A DNA stretch of 64,000 nucleotides from an uncultured bacterium (GTDB taxonomy: Bacteria > Krumholzibacteriota > Krumholzibacteriia > JACNKJ01): positions 1,248,001 through 1,312,000 of the forward strand of contig CAVOFT010000001.1 in the NCBI GenBank assembly GCA_963695095.1, in the 5' to 3' direction. Numbering within the stretch: position 1 is the first letter of the stretch; each line of letters starts with the position of its first letter. Below are positions 50,710 through 63,933 of the stretch, piece after piece. The notes below the pieces were generated by a model. It searched no databases. It was not told the DNA's origin and worked only from the letters and a program-made list of their open reading frames with translations. Made by a program: the position numbers and the translations under genes.

Positions 50710-52098
50710 ATGAGCGCGCGTCTACTCGTGGTCGACGATGAAGCCGGGATCCGCGAGTCCCTCGGCAAGGTCCTGCGCTATGAGGGCTTCACGGTGGAGA
50801 CGGCCCCGGACGGCCCCACGGCGCTCGCGCTCGCCGCGCGCCAGCCCTTCGACCTCGTCTTCCTCGACGTCAAGATGCCCGGCATGGACGGTCTGGAAGT
50901 GCTCGCCCGGCTGGGCGAGGGCGGCCTGGCGACGCCCGTCGTCATCATCTCCGGCCACGGCACCATCGATACCGCGGTGCAGGCGACCAAGCTCGGCGCC
51001 TTCGACTTCCTGGAGAAGCCCCTCGACGCGGACCGCGTTCTCGTCACTCTGCGCAATGCCCTGGCCTGGCTGGAGCAGCAGCGGCAGATCGAATCCCTGC
51101 GCCAGCGCCTGGGCGAAGGCGAGCAGATCATCGGGGAGAGCCAGGCCGTCAAACTGCTCCTGAAGGCCATCGAGCGGGTGGCGCCGACGGATGCGCGCGT
51201 GCTCATCACGGGAGAGAACGGCTCCGGCAAGGAACTCGTGGCGCGGCGCATTCACCGCTTGAGCGCGCGGGCCGAGGGGCCCTTCGTGGATGTCAACTGC
51301 GCGGCGATTCCGAACGAGCTGATCGAGAGCGAGCTCTTCGGTCACGAGAAGGGGAGCTTCACGGGCGCCCACCAGCAGCGGATGGGTCGTTTCGAGCAGG
51401 CGGACGGGGGCACGCTCTTCCTCGACGAGATCGGCGATATGTCCCTGAGCGCCCAGGCAAAGGTGCTCCGCGTGCTACAGGAGGGAAAGTTCGAGCGGGT
51501 CGGGGGGACCATCACCCAGCAGGTGAACGTGCGGGTGATCGCAGCGACCAACAAGGACCTGCTCGCGGAAGCGGCGGAGAACCGCTTCCGCGAAGACCTC
51601 TACTATCGCCTCAGCGTGGTGCCCCTGCAGGTGCCCCCGCTCAGGGAGCGGCCCGAGGATATCCCCTTGCTGGCCAAGCACTTCACGGAGCTGTATCTCC
51701 GCGAGCAGGGGATGCGGCCCCGGCTGTTCGCGCCTGCCGCCCTGGAGCGACTCCAGGGCGCCCGCTGGCCCGGCAATATCCGCGAGCTGCGCAACCTCGT
51801 GGAGCGGCTCCTGATCATGGCGCCGGGCGAGCGCATTGAAGTGGAGGACATCCCCCTGCCGGGGGGCGAAGCGGCGGGTGAGGAGAGCGGCCTCTTCGCC
51901 GCCGCCAGTTTCCAGGCCTTCAAGGAGCGCAGCGAGGCGGTCTTCCTGGCGCGAAAACTGAAGGAGTACGGCGGCAACGTCAGCCGCACGGCCCGCGCCT
52001 TGCAAATGCAGCGGAGCAATCTCTACAAGAAGATTGAAAAATATGGACTTACGGCCGGGAAGCCCGATCCCGACGAAGCCGCCGACGACCCCGAGTAG
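50710..52098 (+). CDS. NtrX/NtrC-family sigma54-dependent response regulator
   Basis: Receiver LDVKMP..ISGHG, GENGSGKE, GSFTGA, LFLDEIGD, FREDLYYRL, HTH GNVSRTA..RSNLYKKI. Confidence 0.92.
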   Translation: MSARLLVVDDEAGIRESLGKVLRYEGFTVETAPDGPTALALAARQPFDLVFLDVKMPGMDGLEVLARLGEGGLATPVVIISGHGTIDTAVQATKLGAFDFLEKPLDADRVLVTLRNALAWLEQQRQIESLRQRLGEGEQIIGESQAVKLLLKAIERVAPTDARVLITGENGSGKELVARRIHRLSARAEGPFVDVNCAAIPNELIESELFGHEKGSFTGAHQQRMGRFEQADGGTLFLDEIGDMSLSAQAKVLRVLQEGKFERVGGTITQQVNVRVIAATNKDLLAEAAENRFREDLYYRLSVVPLQVPPLRERPEDIPLLAKHFTELYLREQGMRPRLFAPAALERLQGARWPGNIRELRNLVERLLIMAPGERIEVEDIPLPGGEAAGEESGLFAAASFQAFKERSEAVFLARKLKEYGGNVSRTARALQMQRSNLYKKIEKYGLTAGKPDPDEAADDPE

Positions 52099-52147
52099 CC
52101 TCCGCCGATCTTGCGCTGGGGCGGGCAGGCTTTTCTCGGAACTCGAT

Positions 52148-52177
52148 TTGACTCTCCCCCCTGTCTCCTCCTATCAT
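52148..52177 (+). promoter_or_regulatory. Putative sigma70 promoter of the peptide/TPR-activator pair
   Basis: TTGACT-N18-TATCAT; hairpin AGACAGG-G-CCTGTCT at 52200-52214 in the leader. Confidence 0.45.
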
Positions 52178-52240
52178 TCTGCTGGCACTTGTGAAGTCGA
52201 GACAGGGCCTGTCTTTACCCTTGCCGGGAGCGCGTTTACG

Positions 52241-52582
52241 ATGAGAAGGGGCGCCACTACCTGCCTATCGATCTTCGCCCTGCTGCTCACAATCTGCTTG
52301 GGCACGGGCAACTCGACGATTCCTCCCGTCAGCGCTGGTGAACTCGTAGTTAAATCGGCTGTCCCGGTGTACTCCAATGGCGGCCCACCGGCTCCGATCG
52401 CCGGTGAAGGCGGCGGGGGCATCCCCGGCGGTGTGGGCGCTGCCGGTGAATCGGGCGATGATGATGACTACTGGGACGGGGTGAACAACGACCAGCAGCC
52501 GCCTCGCAACCAGCACGGGCTGCCCTGGCTGCTGCAGATTCTGGAATCCTGGTGGCGGGCGGGGTCTTGGATTTGGACCTAG
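52241..52582 (+). CDS. Small (113 aa) secreted protein, candidate signalling-peptide precursor
   Basis: GGGAG RBS; signal peptide MRRGATTCLSIFALLLTICLG..VSA; Gly/Pro-rich linker; acidic GDDDDYWDG; Trp-rich C-terminal helix. Confidence 0.6.
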   Translation: MRRGATTCLSIFALLLTICLGTGNSTIPPVSAGELVVKSAVPVYSNGGPPAPIAGEGGGGIPGGVGAAGESGDDDDYWDGVNNDQQPPRNQHGLPWLLQILESWWRAGSWIWT

Positions 52583-52639
52583 GAAGAACGCCGTAGCCAT
52601 CTTCCTCAGAGTGCGTCCACCCCACACGAGGACGAATCG

Positions 52640-55624
<2,985 letters not shown>

Positions 55625-55899
55625 GCAGCAAGGCTCTCTCGGCGACGCGCCGGCTATTCCGCGGGCCCGGTCACACCGGGCCCTTCTGCTTGGCGCTCAC
55701 AAGCTCGTTGCGTAGCGGCAGCCGACCTCCACCTTTTCTCCCAGGCGCCAAAGCCTCTGGCGACTTGAGCTTGCCCGCTCTAGCCGCCGGCAATCTAAAG
55801 AATCTTGCGCAAGTCCATGTCGGTGTACTCTGGCGCTGCGAATCGCCCATGCAAGTGGCTCATTTGCAAGGGGATAAATCCCCCGATCGCGAGCGGTTA

Positions 55900-55915
55900 T
55901 GGCATGCTCCCTGCA
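55900..55915 (+). promoter_or_regulatory. sigma54 (-24/-12) promoter
   Basis: TGGCATGCTCCCTGCA with exact GG-N10-GC spacing. Upstream dyads CTTGCGCAAG (55804-55813), TGCAA-N9-TTGCA (55850-55868) and GGGGAT-AA-ATCCCC (55870-55883). Confidence 0.7.
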
Positions 55916-55926
55916 GTTGAACGCTT

Positions 55927-56196
55927 GAAGTGAGGAGGGCGCCAGGCTTGGCAGGTATGAGGCTCTTTCCAAGCTTCCTCGAGGGACTCGAACGGAATTG
56001 ATAGGGGAAGTCAGCCGGATTCGATGTCGTTCCTCGGGCCGATCGGAAGCGTCCGATGAGTCGATTGACTCGGTCCTTGCGTGAAGTGTGGGGCAACACG
56101 CCAGGGCAATCGGCGAGTCCGATCGAAGGAGATGTACTCCTCTCCTTGATGCTGAGATGTGCGAGGCAGGAGGGCGCAAGCCCTCTTGCCTTTTTT
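55927..56196 (+). ncRNA. Candidate sigma54-dependent structured small RNA (~270 nt)
   Basis: Bounded by a sigma54 promoter and an intrinsic terminator; at least six internal hairpins; no ORF longer than 17 codons that I could find wholly inside it. Confidence 0.5.
56164..56196 (+). terminator. Rho-independent terminator
   Basis: AGGCAGGAGGGC-GCAA-GCCCTCTTGCCT then TTTTT (12-bp stem, GNRA loop). Confidence 0.85.
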
Positions 56197-56300
56197 GATG
56201 CGAGTCGGCCGCTGAGCTCACCTTGCCGGCTTCTGCCATCGACCATGCCGGGCCGGCATGGGGGACAATGGGATCCTCTTTTCTGCGATCCCGTCTAGGC

Positions 56301-56329
56301 TTGACCCTCCTTTGTGAATGCTCTAACTT
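56301..56329 (+). promoter_or_regulatory. sigma70 promoter of the act operon (possibly leaderless)
   Basis: TTGACC-N17-TAACTT, with ATG 8 nt downstream and no Shine-Dalgarno sequence. Confidence 0.55.
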
Positions 56330-56337
56330 GCGCCCCC

Positions 56338-57006
56338 ATGCAGAGCAGCAGACCGCGCGGCCGAGTCCTGTTCCCTCCCTGGACCAACGCCATTCGCCCG
56401 CTGGCGACGGTGGCGATCTTGGGCGGCCTTCTGTACACGGTTGTCTTGATCGCCTACGCCACCTCGCCCCGGACCACGAACGTCGGCTATGCTCCGACCC
56501 AGCCCGTGCTCTACAGCCACGCGCTCCACGTGGGTACCCTCGGCCTGGACTGCCGCTACTGCCACCTGGGCGTCGAGACCGGGGCCAAGGCGACCCTGCC
56601 ACCCACGCAAACCTGCATGAACTGCCACGCGAGTGTGCGCAGCGCCAGCGAGAAGCTGGCGCCCGTCCTCGCGAGCTACGCGACGGGGATGCCCATCCCC
56701 TGGGTGCGGGTGCACGACCTGCCCGATTTCGCCTACTTCGACCATAGTGCCCATGTGCGCCGCGGCGTGGGTTGCGCCTCCTGTCATGGCCGCATCGATC
56801 AAATGGAGGTGGTGAGCCAGGTCGAGCCCTTGCACATGGGTTGGTGCCTGGACTGCCATCGCCGGCCCGAGCCTCACCTGCGGCCGCTCGCCGCCGTCAC
56901 CGCCATGGACTGGGCGCCGGCAGGCGATCCGGTAGCGCTGGGCGCCGAGCTTCGCCGGGAGTACAACATCCAACCGCCGACGGACTGTTCCACATGTCAT
57001 CGTTAG
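56338..57006 (+). CDS. actA: Alternative complex III pentaheme cytochrome c subunit
   Basis: N-terminal TM; GYAPTQPVLYSH; five CxxCH motifs (CRYCH, CMNCH, CASCH, CLDCH, CSTCH). Confidence 0.92.
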   Translation: MQSSRPRGRVLFPPWTNAIRPLATVAILGGLLYTVVLIAYATSPRTTNVGYAPTQPVLYSHALHVGTLGLDCRYCHLGVETGAKATLPPTQTCMNCHASVRSASEKLAPVLASYATGMPIPWVRVHDLPDFAYFDHSAHVRRGVGCASCHGRIDQMEVVSQVEPLHMGWCLDCHRRPEPHLRPLAAVTAMDWAPAGDPVALGAELRREYNIQPPTDCSTCHR

Positions 57007-60000
57007 AAGATCGCCAAGGCGGCTACTGGCGCACGCTCCAGGAGTACGCCGCCTCGCCCGAGTTCCGGGCCCTCTGCGCGGAGGAGTTCCCGCGCGGCGC
57101 CGATGCCGCGCCCGATCCCCTGTCGCGCCGGGGCTTCCTGAAGATCATGGGCGCCTCCGTCGCCCTGGCCGGCCTGGCCGGTTGCCGCTGGCCGCGCGAG
57201 ACCATCGTGCCGCGCGCCTACCAGCCGGCGGGCCAGACGCCCGGGCTGACGCGGAGCTTCGCCACGGCCTTCGAGCTTGCGGGCAGCGCGAGCGGTCTGC
57301 TCGTGACCAGCTTCGAGGGCCGCCCGATCAAGGTGGAGGGCAACCCCGAGGATCCCATCGGGCGCGGCGCCGCCGATGCGCTGGCCCAGGCGGCCATCCT
57401 CGAGCTCTACGATCCGGATCGCAGCCGCAGTCCCCTGTTGCGCGAGGGCGGCGAGCAGCGGCAGGACTGGGCCCGCTTCGCCATCGCCGCCGAGGCGGCG
57501 ATGGCCCCCCTGCGCGCCGCCGGCGGCCGTGGGCTGGCGATCCTCGCCGAGGGCAGCAATTCGCCTGCCCTGGCCGCGCAGCGCCGCCGGTTCCTGACGA
57601 CCTACCCGGCGGCGCGCTGGCAGGCCTGGGAGCCGCTCAACCAGGACAACAGCTACGCGGGCACGGCCCTGGCCTTCGGCCGCCCCCTGCGGCCCGTGGC
57701 CGATCTCGGGGCCGCGGCGGTGATCCTGGCCCTGGATGCCGACCTGCTCGCCGATCATCCGGCGGCGCTCGCCCATGCGCGCGGCTATGCGGCCGGCCGC
57801 AATCCGGACGGGCAGATGAACCGGCTCTACGTGGTCGAGAGCCGCTTCAGCATCACGGGCAGCATGGCCGACCACCGCTTGCCGCTGGCGGCGGGCCGCA
57901 GCGAAGCCTTCACCTTCGCGCTGGCCGCGGCGCTGCTGCACCGACTCGAGGCCGAGCTGCCCGGCGAGCTGCGCGCGCTCGGCCACGGCCTGGTCGGGGC
58001 GTCCGCCGCCGAGGGCGATGCCGACTTCCTGGCCGCTCTCGTCGACGACCTGCTTGCCGCCCGCTCCGGCGCGCTCATCGTTGCGGGGTCCAGTCAGACG
58101 CCGCGCGTCCATGCCCTGACGGCCCTGCTCAACACCCTGCTCGGCGGCGTGGGCCGCACGCTGCGCTACGTGGCGCCGCCCGCCGGCGAGGAAACGGCCC
58201 AGCTTGCCGGCCTCGCCGCGCTCACCCGCTCCATGGCGGCCGGCGAGGTGGAGACGCTGATCGTCCTGGGCGGCAATCCGGTCTACGATGCGCCGGCGGA
58301 CCTGGACTTCGCTGCCGCCCTGGAGCGCGTCGCCACCAGCGTCCATCTGTCGCTCTACGACAACGAAACCTCGCGGCGCTGTCGCTGGCATCTGCCGCGC
58401 GCCCATTTCCTCGAGTCCTGGGGCGACGCCCTGGCCTGGGACGGCAGCTACTACAGCATGCAACCCCTCATCGAGCCGCTCTACGGGGGCAAGAGCCCGG
58501 GCGAACTGCTCGCCTTGCTGGCCGCGGGCGGGGGCGCCGCGAGCGGCCATGAGCAGCTCCGCGCGAGCCTGTCCGAACGCTTGCCCAAGGATTTCGAGCC
58601 GGCCTGGCGCCGCCTGCTCCACGATGGCGTGCTCGCCGACTCCGCCTTCCCGGCGGAGCCGGTGTCGCTGGCGGCGAGTTCGCTGGCGGCGGCCCTGGCG
58701 GCCCCTCCGGCCGCAGCGGCCCCGGGCGAGCAGCCCCTCGAACTCGTGCTGCACCGCGACCACTGCCTCTTCGACGGCCGCTTCGCCAACAACGGCTGGC
58801 TCCAGGAATTGCCCGATCCGCTGAGCAAGATCACCTGGGACAATGCGGCGGCGCTCAGCCCGGCCACGGCCGCGCGCCTGGACCTCGCGCACGGCGATCG
58901 CGTGCGCCTGAGCGCGGACGGCCGCAGTCTCGACGCCGCCGTCGCCGTGCTGCCGGGCATCGCGGCCGGCAGCGTGGCCCTGGCCCTCGGCTACGGCCGC
59001 CAGGCGGCGGGCGCGGTGGGCAACGGCGTCGGCTTCGATGCCTACCGCCTGCGCACGAGCCGGGCGCTCCACGCGGCGTCCGACCTGAGGGTCGAAAAGC
59101 TGGGCGGCCAGTACCTGCTCGCGGGCACGCAGGACCACTACCTCATCGATCCCGTCGGCTTCGCGGGGCGCGAGGCGCGCGTAGGCGAGCTGGTCCAGTC
59201 CGCCGATCTGGCCACCTACCGTGCCGAACCCGACTTCGCGCGCCACGAGGGGCATCATCCCCCGCTGGTTTCGCTCTGGCAGGAGCACGCCTACGAGGGG
59301 CACCGCTGGGGCATGGCGATCGACCTGAACACCTGCATCGGCTGCGGGGCCTGCGCCGTGGCCTGCCAGGCCGAGAACAACATCCCGGTGGTGGGCAAGG
59401 ATGAGGTCGCCCGCGGCCGCGAGATGAGCTGGATCCGCCTGGATCGCTACTTCCAGGGCGAGCCGGAGAACCCGGCCAGCGTGGTGCAGCCCGTGGCCTG
59501 CGCCCAGTGCGAGCTGGCGCCCTGCGAGCAGGTCTGTCCCTTCCAGGCCACGACGCACAGCAGCGAGGGCCTCAATGACATGGTCTACAATCGCTGCGTG
59601 GGCACCCGCTATTGCGCCAACAACTGCCCCTACAAGGTGCGCCGCTTCAACTTCTATCACTACACCAAGGACGTGCCCGAGGTCGCCCGGCTGGCCTTCA
59701 ACCCGGAGGTCACCGTGCGCTCGCGCGGCGTGATGGAGAAGTGCACCTACTGCGTGCAGCGCATCCAGAACGTGAAGATCCAGGCCAAGAACGACGGGCG
59801 ACCGATCGCCGACGGCGAGATCCAGCCCGCCTGCATGCAGACCTGCCCGACCAAGGCCATCCGTTTCGGGGACTTGAATGACGAGGCGAGCGGCGTGGGT
59901 CGGCTCCACGGCGACCACCGCGCCTACTCCCTGCTGGCGGAGCTGAACATCAAGCCGCGGACGGCCTACCTGGCGCGCGTGACGAATCCCAACCCGAACC

Positions 60001-60038
60001 TGGCGAGCCCGCAGCATGAGCAGCGCAGTCATTCCTGA
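56994..60038 (+). CDS. actB: Alternative complex III ActB (molybdopterin-oxidoreductase-like plus Fe-S domains)
   Basis: YWRTL.E, Tat motif SRRGFLK, lipobox [60 protein letters not shown]. Confidence 0.93.
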   Translation: MSSLEDRQGGYWRTLQEYAASPEFRALCAEEFPRGADAAPDPLSRRGFLKIMGASVALAGLAGCRWPRETIVPRAYQPAGQTPGLTRSFATAFELAGSASGLLVTSFEGRPIKVEGNPEDPIGRGAADALAQAAILELYDPDRSRSPLLREGGEQRQDWARFAIAAEAAMAPLRAAGGRGLAILAEGSNSPALAAQRRRFLTTYPAARWQAWEPLNQDNSYAGTALAFGRPLRPVADLGAAAVILALDADLLADHPAALAHARGYAAGRNPDGQMNRLYVVESRFSITGSMADHRLPLAAGRSEAFTFALAAALLHRLEAELPGELRALGHGLVGASAAEGDADFLAALVDDLLAARSGALIVAGSSQTPRVHALTALLNTLLGGVGRTLRYVAPPAGEETAQLAGLAALTRSMAAGEVETLIVLGGNPVYDAPADLDFAAALERVATSVHLSLYDNETSRRCRWHLPRAHFLESWGDALAWDGSYYSMQPLIEPLYGGKSPGELLALLAAGGGAASGHEQLRASLSERLPKDFEPAWRRLLHDGVLADSAFPAEPVSLAASSLAAALAAPPAAAAPGEQPLELVLHRDHCLFDGRFANNGWLQELPDPLSKITWDNAAALSPATAARLDLAHGDRVRLSADGRSLDAAVAVLPGIAAGSVALALGYGRQAAGAVGNGVGFDAYRLRTSRALHAASDLRVEKLGGQYLLAGTQDHYLIDPVGFAGREARVGELVQSADLATYRAEPDFARHEGHHPPLVSLWQEHAYEGHRWGMAIDLNTCIGCGACAVACQAENNIPVVGKDEVARGREMSWIRLDRYFQGEPENPASVVQPVACAQCELAPCEQVCPFQATTHSSEGLNDMVYNRCVGTRYCANNCPYKVRRFNFYHYTKDVPEVARLAFNPEVTVRSRGVMEKCTYCVQRIQNVKIQAKNDGRPIADGEIQPACMQTCPTKAIRFGDLNDEASGVGRLHGDHRAYSLLAELNIKPRTAYLARVTNPNPNLASPQHEQRSHS

Positions 60039-61479
60039 TCCTCGGGCCCAGCTCGACCTGCCGCCGGGCGCGCAGCCCGCGCTGGTCACGGGTGGCAAGG
60101 ACCTCGGCGCCGTCACGGCGACGGTCTGCAGCGTTTTCGAGCGCCGGCAGATGCCGCGGGTCTGGTACGCGGCGCTGGGCATCTCCAGCCTGCTGACGCT
60201 GGTTCTCTTCTCGATGATCGTCTACTTGATCGCGAAGGGCATCGGGGTCTGGGGCCTGAACAACCCGGTCGCCTGGGGCCTGGCCATCGTCAACCTCGTC
60301 TTCTGGATCGGCATCGGCCACGCGGGCACCCTGATCTCGGCCGTGCTGTTCCTGTTTCGCCAGAAGTGGCGCACGGGCATCAACCGCTTCGCCGAGACGA
60401 TGACGATCTTCGCCGTCGTCTGCGCCGGGCTCTTCCCGGCCATCCACGTCGGCCGCATCTGGCTACTGCACTGGATCTTCCCCATTCCCTACCAGCAGCA
60501 GGCCTGGCCGAACTTCCGCAGTCCGCTGCTGTGGGACGTCTTCGCCATCGGCACCTACATGCTCGTGTCGATCATGTTCTGGTACATGGGCATGGTGCCG
60601 GACCTCGCCACGCTGCGCGACCGGGCGGCCGGGCGCGCGCGGCAGATCATCTACGGGCTGCTGGCGCTGGGCTGGCGGGGCTCCAACCGCCACTGGCACC
60701 GCTTCGAGAAGGCCTACCTGCTGCTGGCGGGACTGGCGACGCCGCTGGTGCTCAGCGTGCACTCGGTGGTCAGCTTCGATTTCGCCACCAGCCAGATCCC
60801 CGGCTGGCACACGACGATCTTCCCGCCCTACTTCGTCGCCGGCGCCATCTTCGGCGGCTTCGCGATGGTGAGCACGATCGTCCTGCCGACGCGCAAGCTC
60901 TTCGGTCTCGAGGACCTGATCACGCCCAAGCACCTGGAAGTGATGGCCAAGATCATGCTCGCGACCGGCATGATGGTGGGCTACGCTTACGCGATGGAGT
61001 TCTTCATCGCCTGGTACAGCGGCAACCCCTACGAGACCTTCGCCTTCGTGAACCGGGCGCTGGGGCCCTACGCCTGGGCCTACTGGATCATGGTCAGCTG
61101 CAACGTGCTCAGCCCGCAGATCTTCTGGTTCAAGCGCCTGCGCCGCAATCTCTGGGTGATGTGGCTGGTGGCCGTGGCGATCAACGTCGGCATGTGGTTC
61201 GAGCGTTTCGTGATCGTCGTCAGCTCGCTCAGCCGCGATTTCCTGCCTTCGGCCTGGGGGCACTACTCGCCGACCGCGGTCGACTGGCTCACCCTGGCGG
61301 GCAGCTTCGGCCTCTTCTTCACGCTCTTCCTGCTCTTCCTGCGCGTGGCGCCGATCATCGCCATGGCCGAGGTGAAGACCGTGATGCCGCAGGCGCATTT
61401 CCACGATCCCGAGCACCCGGGCGCCGGCGACTACTGGGGCGACATCCCCGGCCGCTACGACCCCGTGAAGCCGGAGTAA
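60016..61479 (+). CDS. actC: Alternative complex III NrfD/PsrC-type quinol-binding subunit
   Basis: [65 protein letters not shown]. Confidence 0.95.
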   Translation: MSSAVIPDPRAQLDLPPGAQPALVTGGKDLGAVTATVCSVFERRQMPRVWYAALGISSLLTLVLFSMIVYLIAKGIGVWGLNNPVAWGLAIVNLVFWIGIGHAGTLISAVLFLFRQKWRTGINRFAETMTIFAVVCAGLFPAIHVGRIWLLHWIFPIPYQQQAWPNFRSPLLWDVFAIGTYMLVSIMFWYMGMVPDLATLRDRAAGRARQIIYGLLALGWRGSNRHWHRFEKAYLLLAGLATPLVLSVHSVVSFDFATSQIPGWHTTIFPPYFVAGAIFGGFAMVSTIVLPTRKLFGLEDLITPKHLEVMAKIMLATGMMVGYAYAMEFFIAWYSGNPYETFAFVNRALGPYAWAYWIMVSCNVLSPQIFWFKRLRRNLWVMWLVAVAINVGMWFERFVIVVSSLSRDFLPSAWGHYSPTAVDWLTLAGSFGLFFTLFLLFLRVAPIIAMAEVKTVMPQAHFHDPEHPGAGDYWGDIPGRYDPVKPE

Positions 61480-61491
61480 GGGAGGAGGACG

Positions 61492-62067
61492 GTGAACGCG
61501 ACGCCAGGCAGCGGCAATCCCCGGCTCTTCGGCTACCTCGCCGAGTTCGAGTCGGTCAACGCGCTGATCGAAGCCTGCGAGCGCGTGCGCGACGAGGGCT
61601 TCACCCGCTGGGACGCGCACACGCCCTTCCCCGTGCACGGCCTCGATGCGGCAATGGGTCTGCGCAGCACGAAGCTGCCCTGGCTAGTCTTCGGCGCCGG
61701 CCTCAGCGGCGCCGGGATCGGCATGCTCATGCAGTGGTGGATGAACGCCGTGGACTATCCGCTCAACATCAGCGGCAAGCCGCTCTTCAGCATTCCAGCG
61801 AACATCCCCATCGCCTTCGAGGTGACGATCCTCTTCAGCGCGCTCACGGCCTTCGTGGGCATGCTCGCTCTCAACGGGCTGCCGCAGTATCACCATCCCA
61901 TCTTCCAGAGCGAGCGCTTCCGCCGGGCAAGCGACGACCGCTTCTTCATCAGCATCGAGGCCCGCGATCCCCGCTGCCGGGGCGAGATGACCGAACGCTT
62001 CCTCGCCGGGCTGGGCGCCGTGGCCGTCGAGCGCCTGAGCGTGGAGAGCGCGGAGGAGGCGAACTAG
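61492..62067 (+). CDS. actD: Alternative complex III subunit ActD (DUF3341)
   Basis: LAEF, DAHTPFPVHGLD, DYPLNISGKP, PIAFEVTILF, DDRFFI. Confidence 0.92.
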   Translation: MNATPGSGNPRLFGYLAEFESVNALIEACERVRDEGFTRWDAHTPFPVHGLDAAMGLRSTKLPWLVFGAGLSGAGIGMLMQWWMNAVDYPLNISGKPLFSIPANIPIAFEVTILFSALTAFVGMLALNGLPQYHHPIFQSERFRRASDDRFFISIEARDPRCRGEMTERFLAGLGAVAVERLSVESAEEAN

Positions 62068-62068
62068 C

Positions 62069-62728
62069 ATGCCGCGCTGGACGCTGAATCTGATCGTCGT
62101 CGGCGTGCTGCTGACCCTGATCCCGCTGGCGCTGGTGGCGAAGAACCGCATTGCCTCCCGCGGCGACCGCACGCGGATCAGCATCATCCCGGACATGGAC
62201 AAGCAGCCGAAGTACAAGGCCCAGGAGGCGAGCCCCCTGTTCGCCGACGGCCGCGCGGCGCGGGCGGAGCCGGCGGGGACGGTCGCCCGCGGCGAGTCGA
62301 TGGCCCCGCCGGCCTTCGCCGAGGGCCGCATGGGCGGCCAGTGGGTGACGGCCTTCCCCCTGCCGGTGGACTCGACGCTGCTCGCGCGCGGCCGCGAGCG
62401 CTACGGGATCTTCTGCGCCCCCTGCCACGGCCTGGCCGGCTACGGCGACGGCATCGTGCACGAGCGGGCGCTGGCCCTGGCCGAGGGCGGCTGGACGCCG
62501 CCCAGCAGCCTGCACACGGATCTGGTCCGCGAGCGACCGCTCGGCCAGCTCTACAACACGATCAGCGTCGGCATCCGCAACATGCCCGCCCACGGGCCGC
62601 AGATCCCGCCCCGGGATCGCTGGGCGATCGTCGCCTACGTCAAAGCGCTGCAGCTCAGCCAGCATGCGCGCCTGGAAGATCTGCCCGCGGCCGAGCGGGC
62701 GCAGTTCGCGGGGGGGAGTGCAGAATGA
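62069..62728 (+). CDS. actE: Alternative complex III monoheme cytochrome c subunit
   Basis: DMDKQPKYKAQ, GTVARG, RGRERYGIFCAPCHG, GIRNMP, DRWAIVAYVKALQ. Confidence 0.9.
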   Translation: MPRWTLNLIVVGVLLTLIPLALVAKNRIASRGDRTRISIIPDMDKQPKYKAQEASPLFADGRAARAEPAGTVARGESMAPPAFAEGRMGGQWVTAFPLPVDSTLLARGRERYGIFCAPCHGLAGYGDGIVHERALALAEGGWTPPSSLHTDLVRERPLGQLYNTISVGIRNMPAHGPQIPPRDRWAIVAYVKALQLSQHARLEDLPAAERAQFAGGSAE

Positions 62729-63933
62729 AGCGGCCGCCGCGCTTGGACATCAACCAGGAAGCCCGCCATCTCGGCGCGGGCGGCGGGCGCGCCTTGCGCT
62801 TGTCCGCCTTCGTGGCGGTGCTCGGCTTCGCCGCCAGTTTCGCCCTGGGCGCCGCCGCCGGCAGCGCCCGCTTCTACCAGGCCTACCTGGTCAACTACGC
62901 TTTCTTCCTCAGCCTGTCGCTGGGCGCGCTCTTCTTCGTGCTCATCCAGCACGTGACCGGCGCCACCTGGAGCGTGGTCGTGCGCCGGCTGGCCGAGACC
63001 CTGGCCGCCAACCTGCCCTGGCTGGGGCTGCTGGCCGTTCCCGTGCTGCTGGGCATGCGCCAGCTCTATCCCTGGAGCGATCCCGTGCACGTCGCCCACG
63101 ACGCGCTGCTCACGGCCAAGGCGCCCTACCTCAACCCCGGCTTCTTCATCGTGCGCCTGGCGGTCTACTTCCTCGTCTGGACCTGGCTCTCGCTCTACTA
63201 TTTTCGGCGCTCCTGCGCCCAGGACGCCACGGGAGACGTCGCCCACACGCACGGCATGCAGCGGTTGAGCGGCCCTGGCCTGGTCCTCTTCGCCGTGACC
63301 GTGTCCTTCGCCAGCTTCGACCTGCTGATGAGCCTGAACCCGCACTGGTTCAGCACGATCTTCGGCGTCTACTTCTTCGCGGGCAGCGCGGTGAGCTGCT
63401 TCGCGCTGCTCGCCCTCTGGGCCCGCCTGCTCCAGAGGGGCGGCCTCCTCACGCGAGCGATCACGCGCGAGCACTACCACGACCTGGGCAAGCTGGTCTT
63501 CGCCTTCATCGTCTTCTGGGCCTACATCGCCTTCTCCCAGTACCTGCTGATCTGGTATGCCAACATCCCCGAGGAGACCGGCTGGTACCTGGCGCGGCAA
63601 ACCGGCGGCTGGACGGCGGTCACCGTGCTGCTGCTCTTCGGCCACTTCTTCGCGCCTTTCCTCGGCCTGCTCTCGCGCTACCCGAAGCGGCAGATGCTGC
63701 TGCTCATGCCGGGCGCCCTCTGGGTGCTGCTCATGCACTGGGTGGATCTCTACTGGCTGGTGATGCCGGGCTTCAGCCCGGGCCGCGTCCCGCTGCACCT
63801 GCTCGATTTGACGCTCTTCCTGGGCCTGGGCGGCCTCTCCGCGAGTCTGATCCTGCTGCGCCTGCGCGGCCGCAGCGTCATCCCCGAGCGGGACCCGCGA
63901 CTCGCCGCCTCCCTGGAGTTCGAGAATGCCTAG
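62725..63933 (+). CDS. actF: Alternative complex III membrane subunit ActF
   Basis: LGALFFVLIQH, WSVVVRR, KAPYLN, MSLNPHWFSTIFG, HDLGKL, FWAYIAFSQYLLIWYANIPEE, DLYWLVMP. Confidence 0.92.
   Translation: MKRPPRLDINQEARHLGAGGGRALRLSAFVAVLGFAASFALGAAAGSARFYQAYLVNYAFFLSLSLGALFFVLIQHVTGATWSVVVRRLAETLAANLPWLGLLAVPVLLGMRQLYPWSDPVHVAHDALLTAKAPYLNPGFFIVRLAVYFLVWTWLSLYYFRRSCAQDATGDVAHTHGMQRLSGPGLVLFAVTVSFASFDLLMSLNPHWFSTIFGVYFFAGSAVSCFALLALWARLLQRGGLLTRAITREHYHDLGKLVFAFIVFWAYIAFSQYLLIWYANIPEETGWYLARQTGGWTAVTVLLLFGHFFAPFLGLLSRYPKRQMLLLMPGALWVLLMHWVDLYWLVMPGFSPGRVPLHLLDLTLFLGLGGLSASLILLRLRGRSVIPERDPRLAASLEFENA

Noticed and set aside
52183..52198. TGGCAC as a sigma54 -24 element upstream of the peptide gene
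   Set aside because: The -12 position reads GT rather than GC.
56056..56298. 80-aa ORF as the product of the sigma54 promoter
   Set aside because: It runs through the intrinsic terminator, has no RBS and has no recognisable features.
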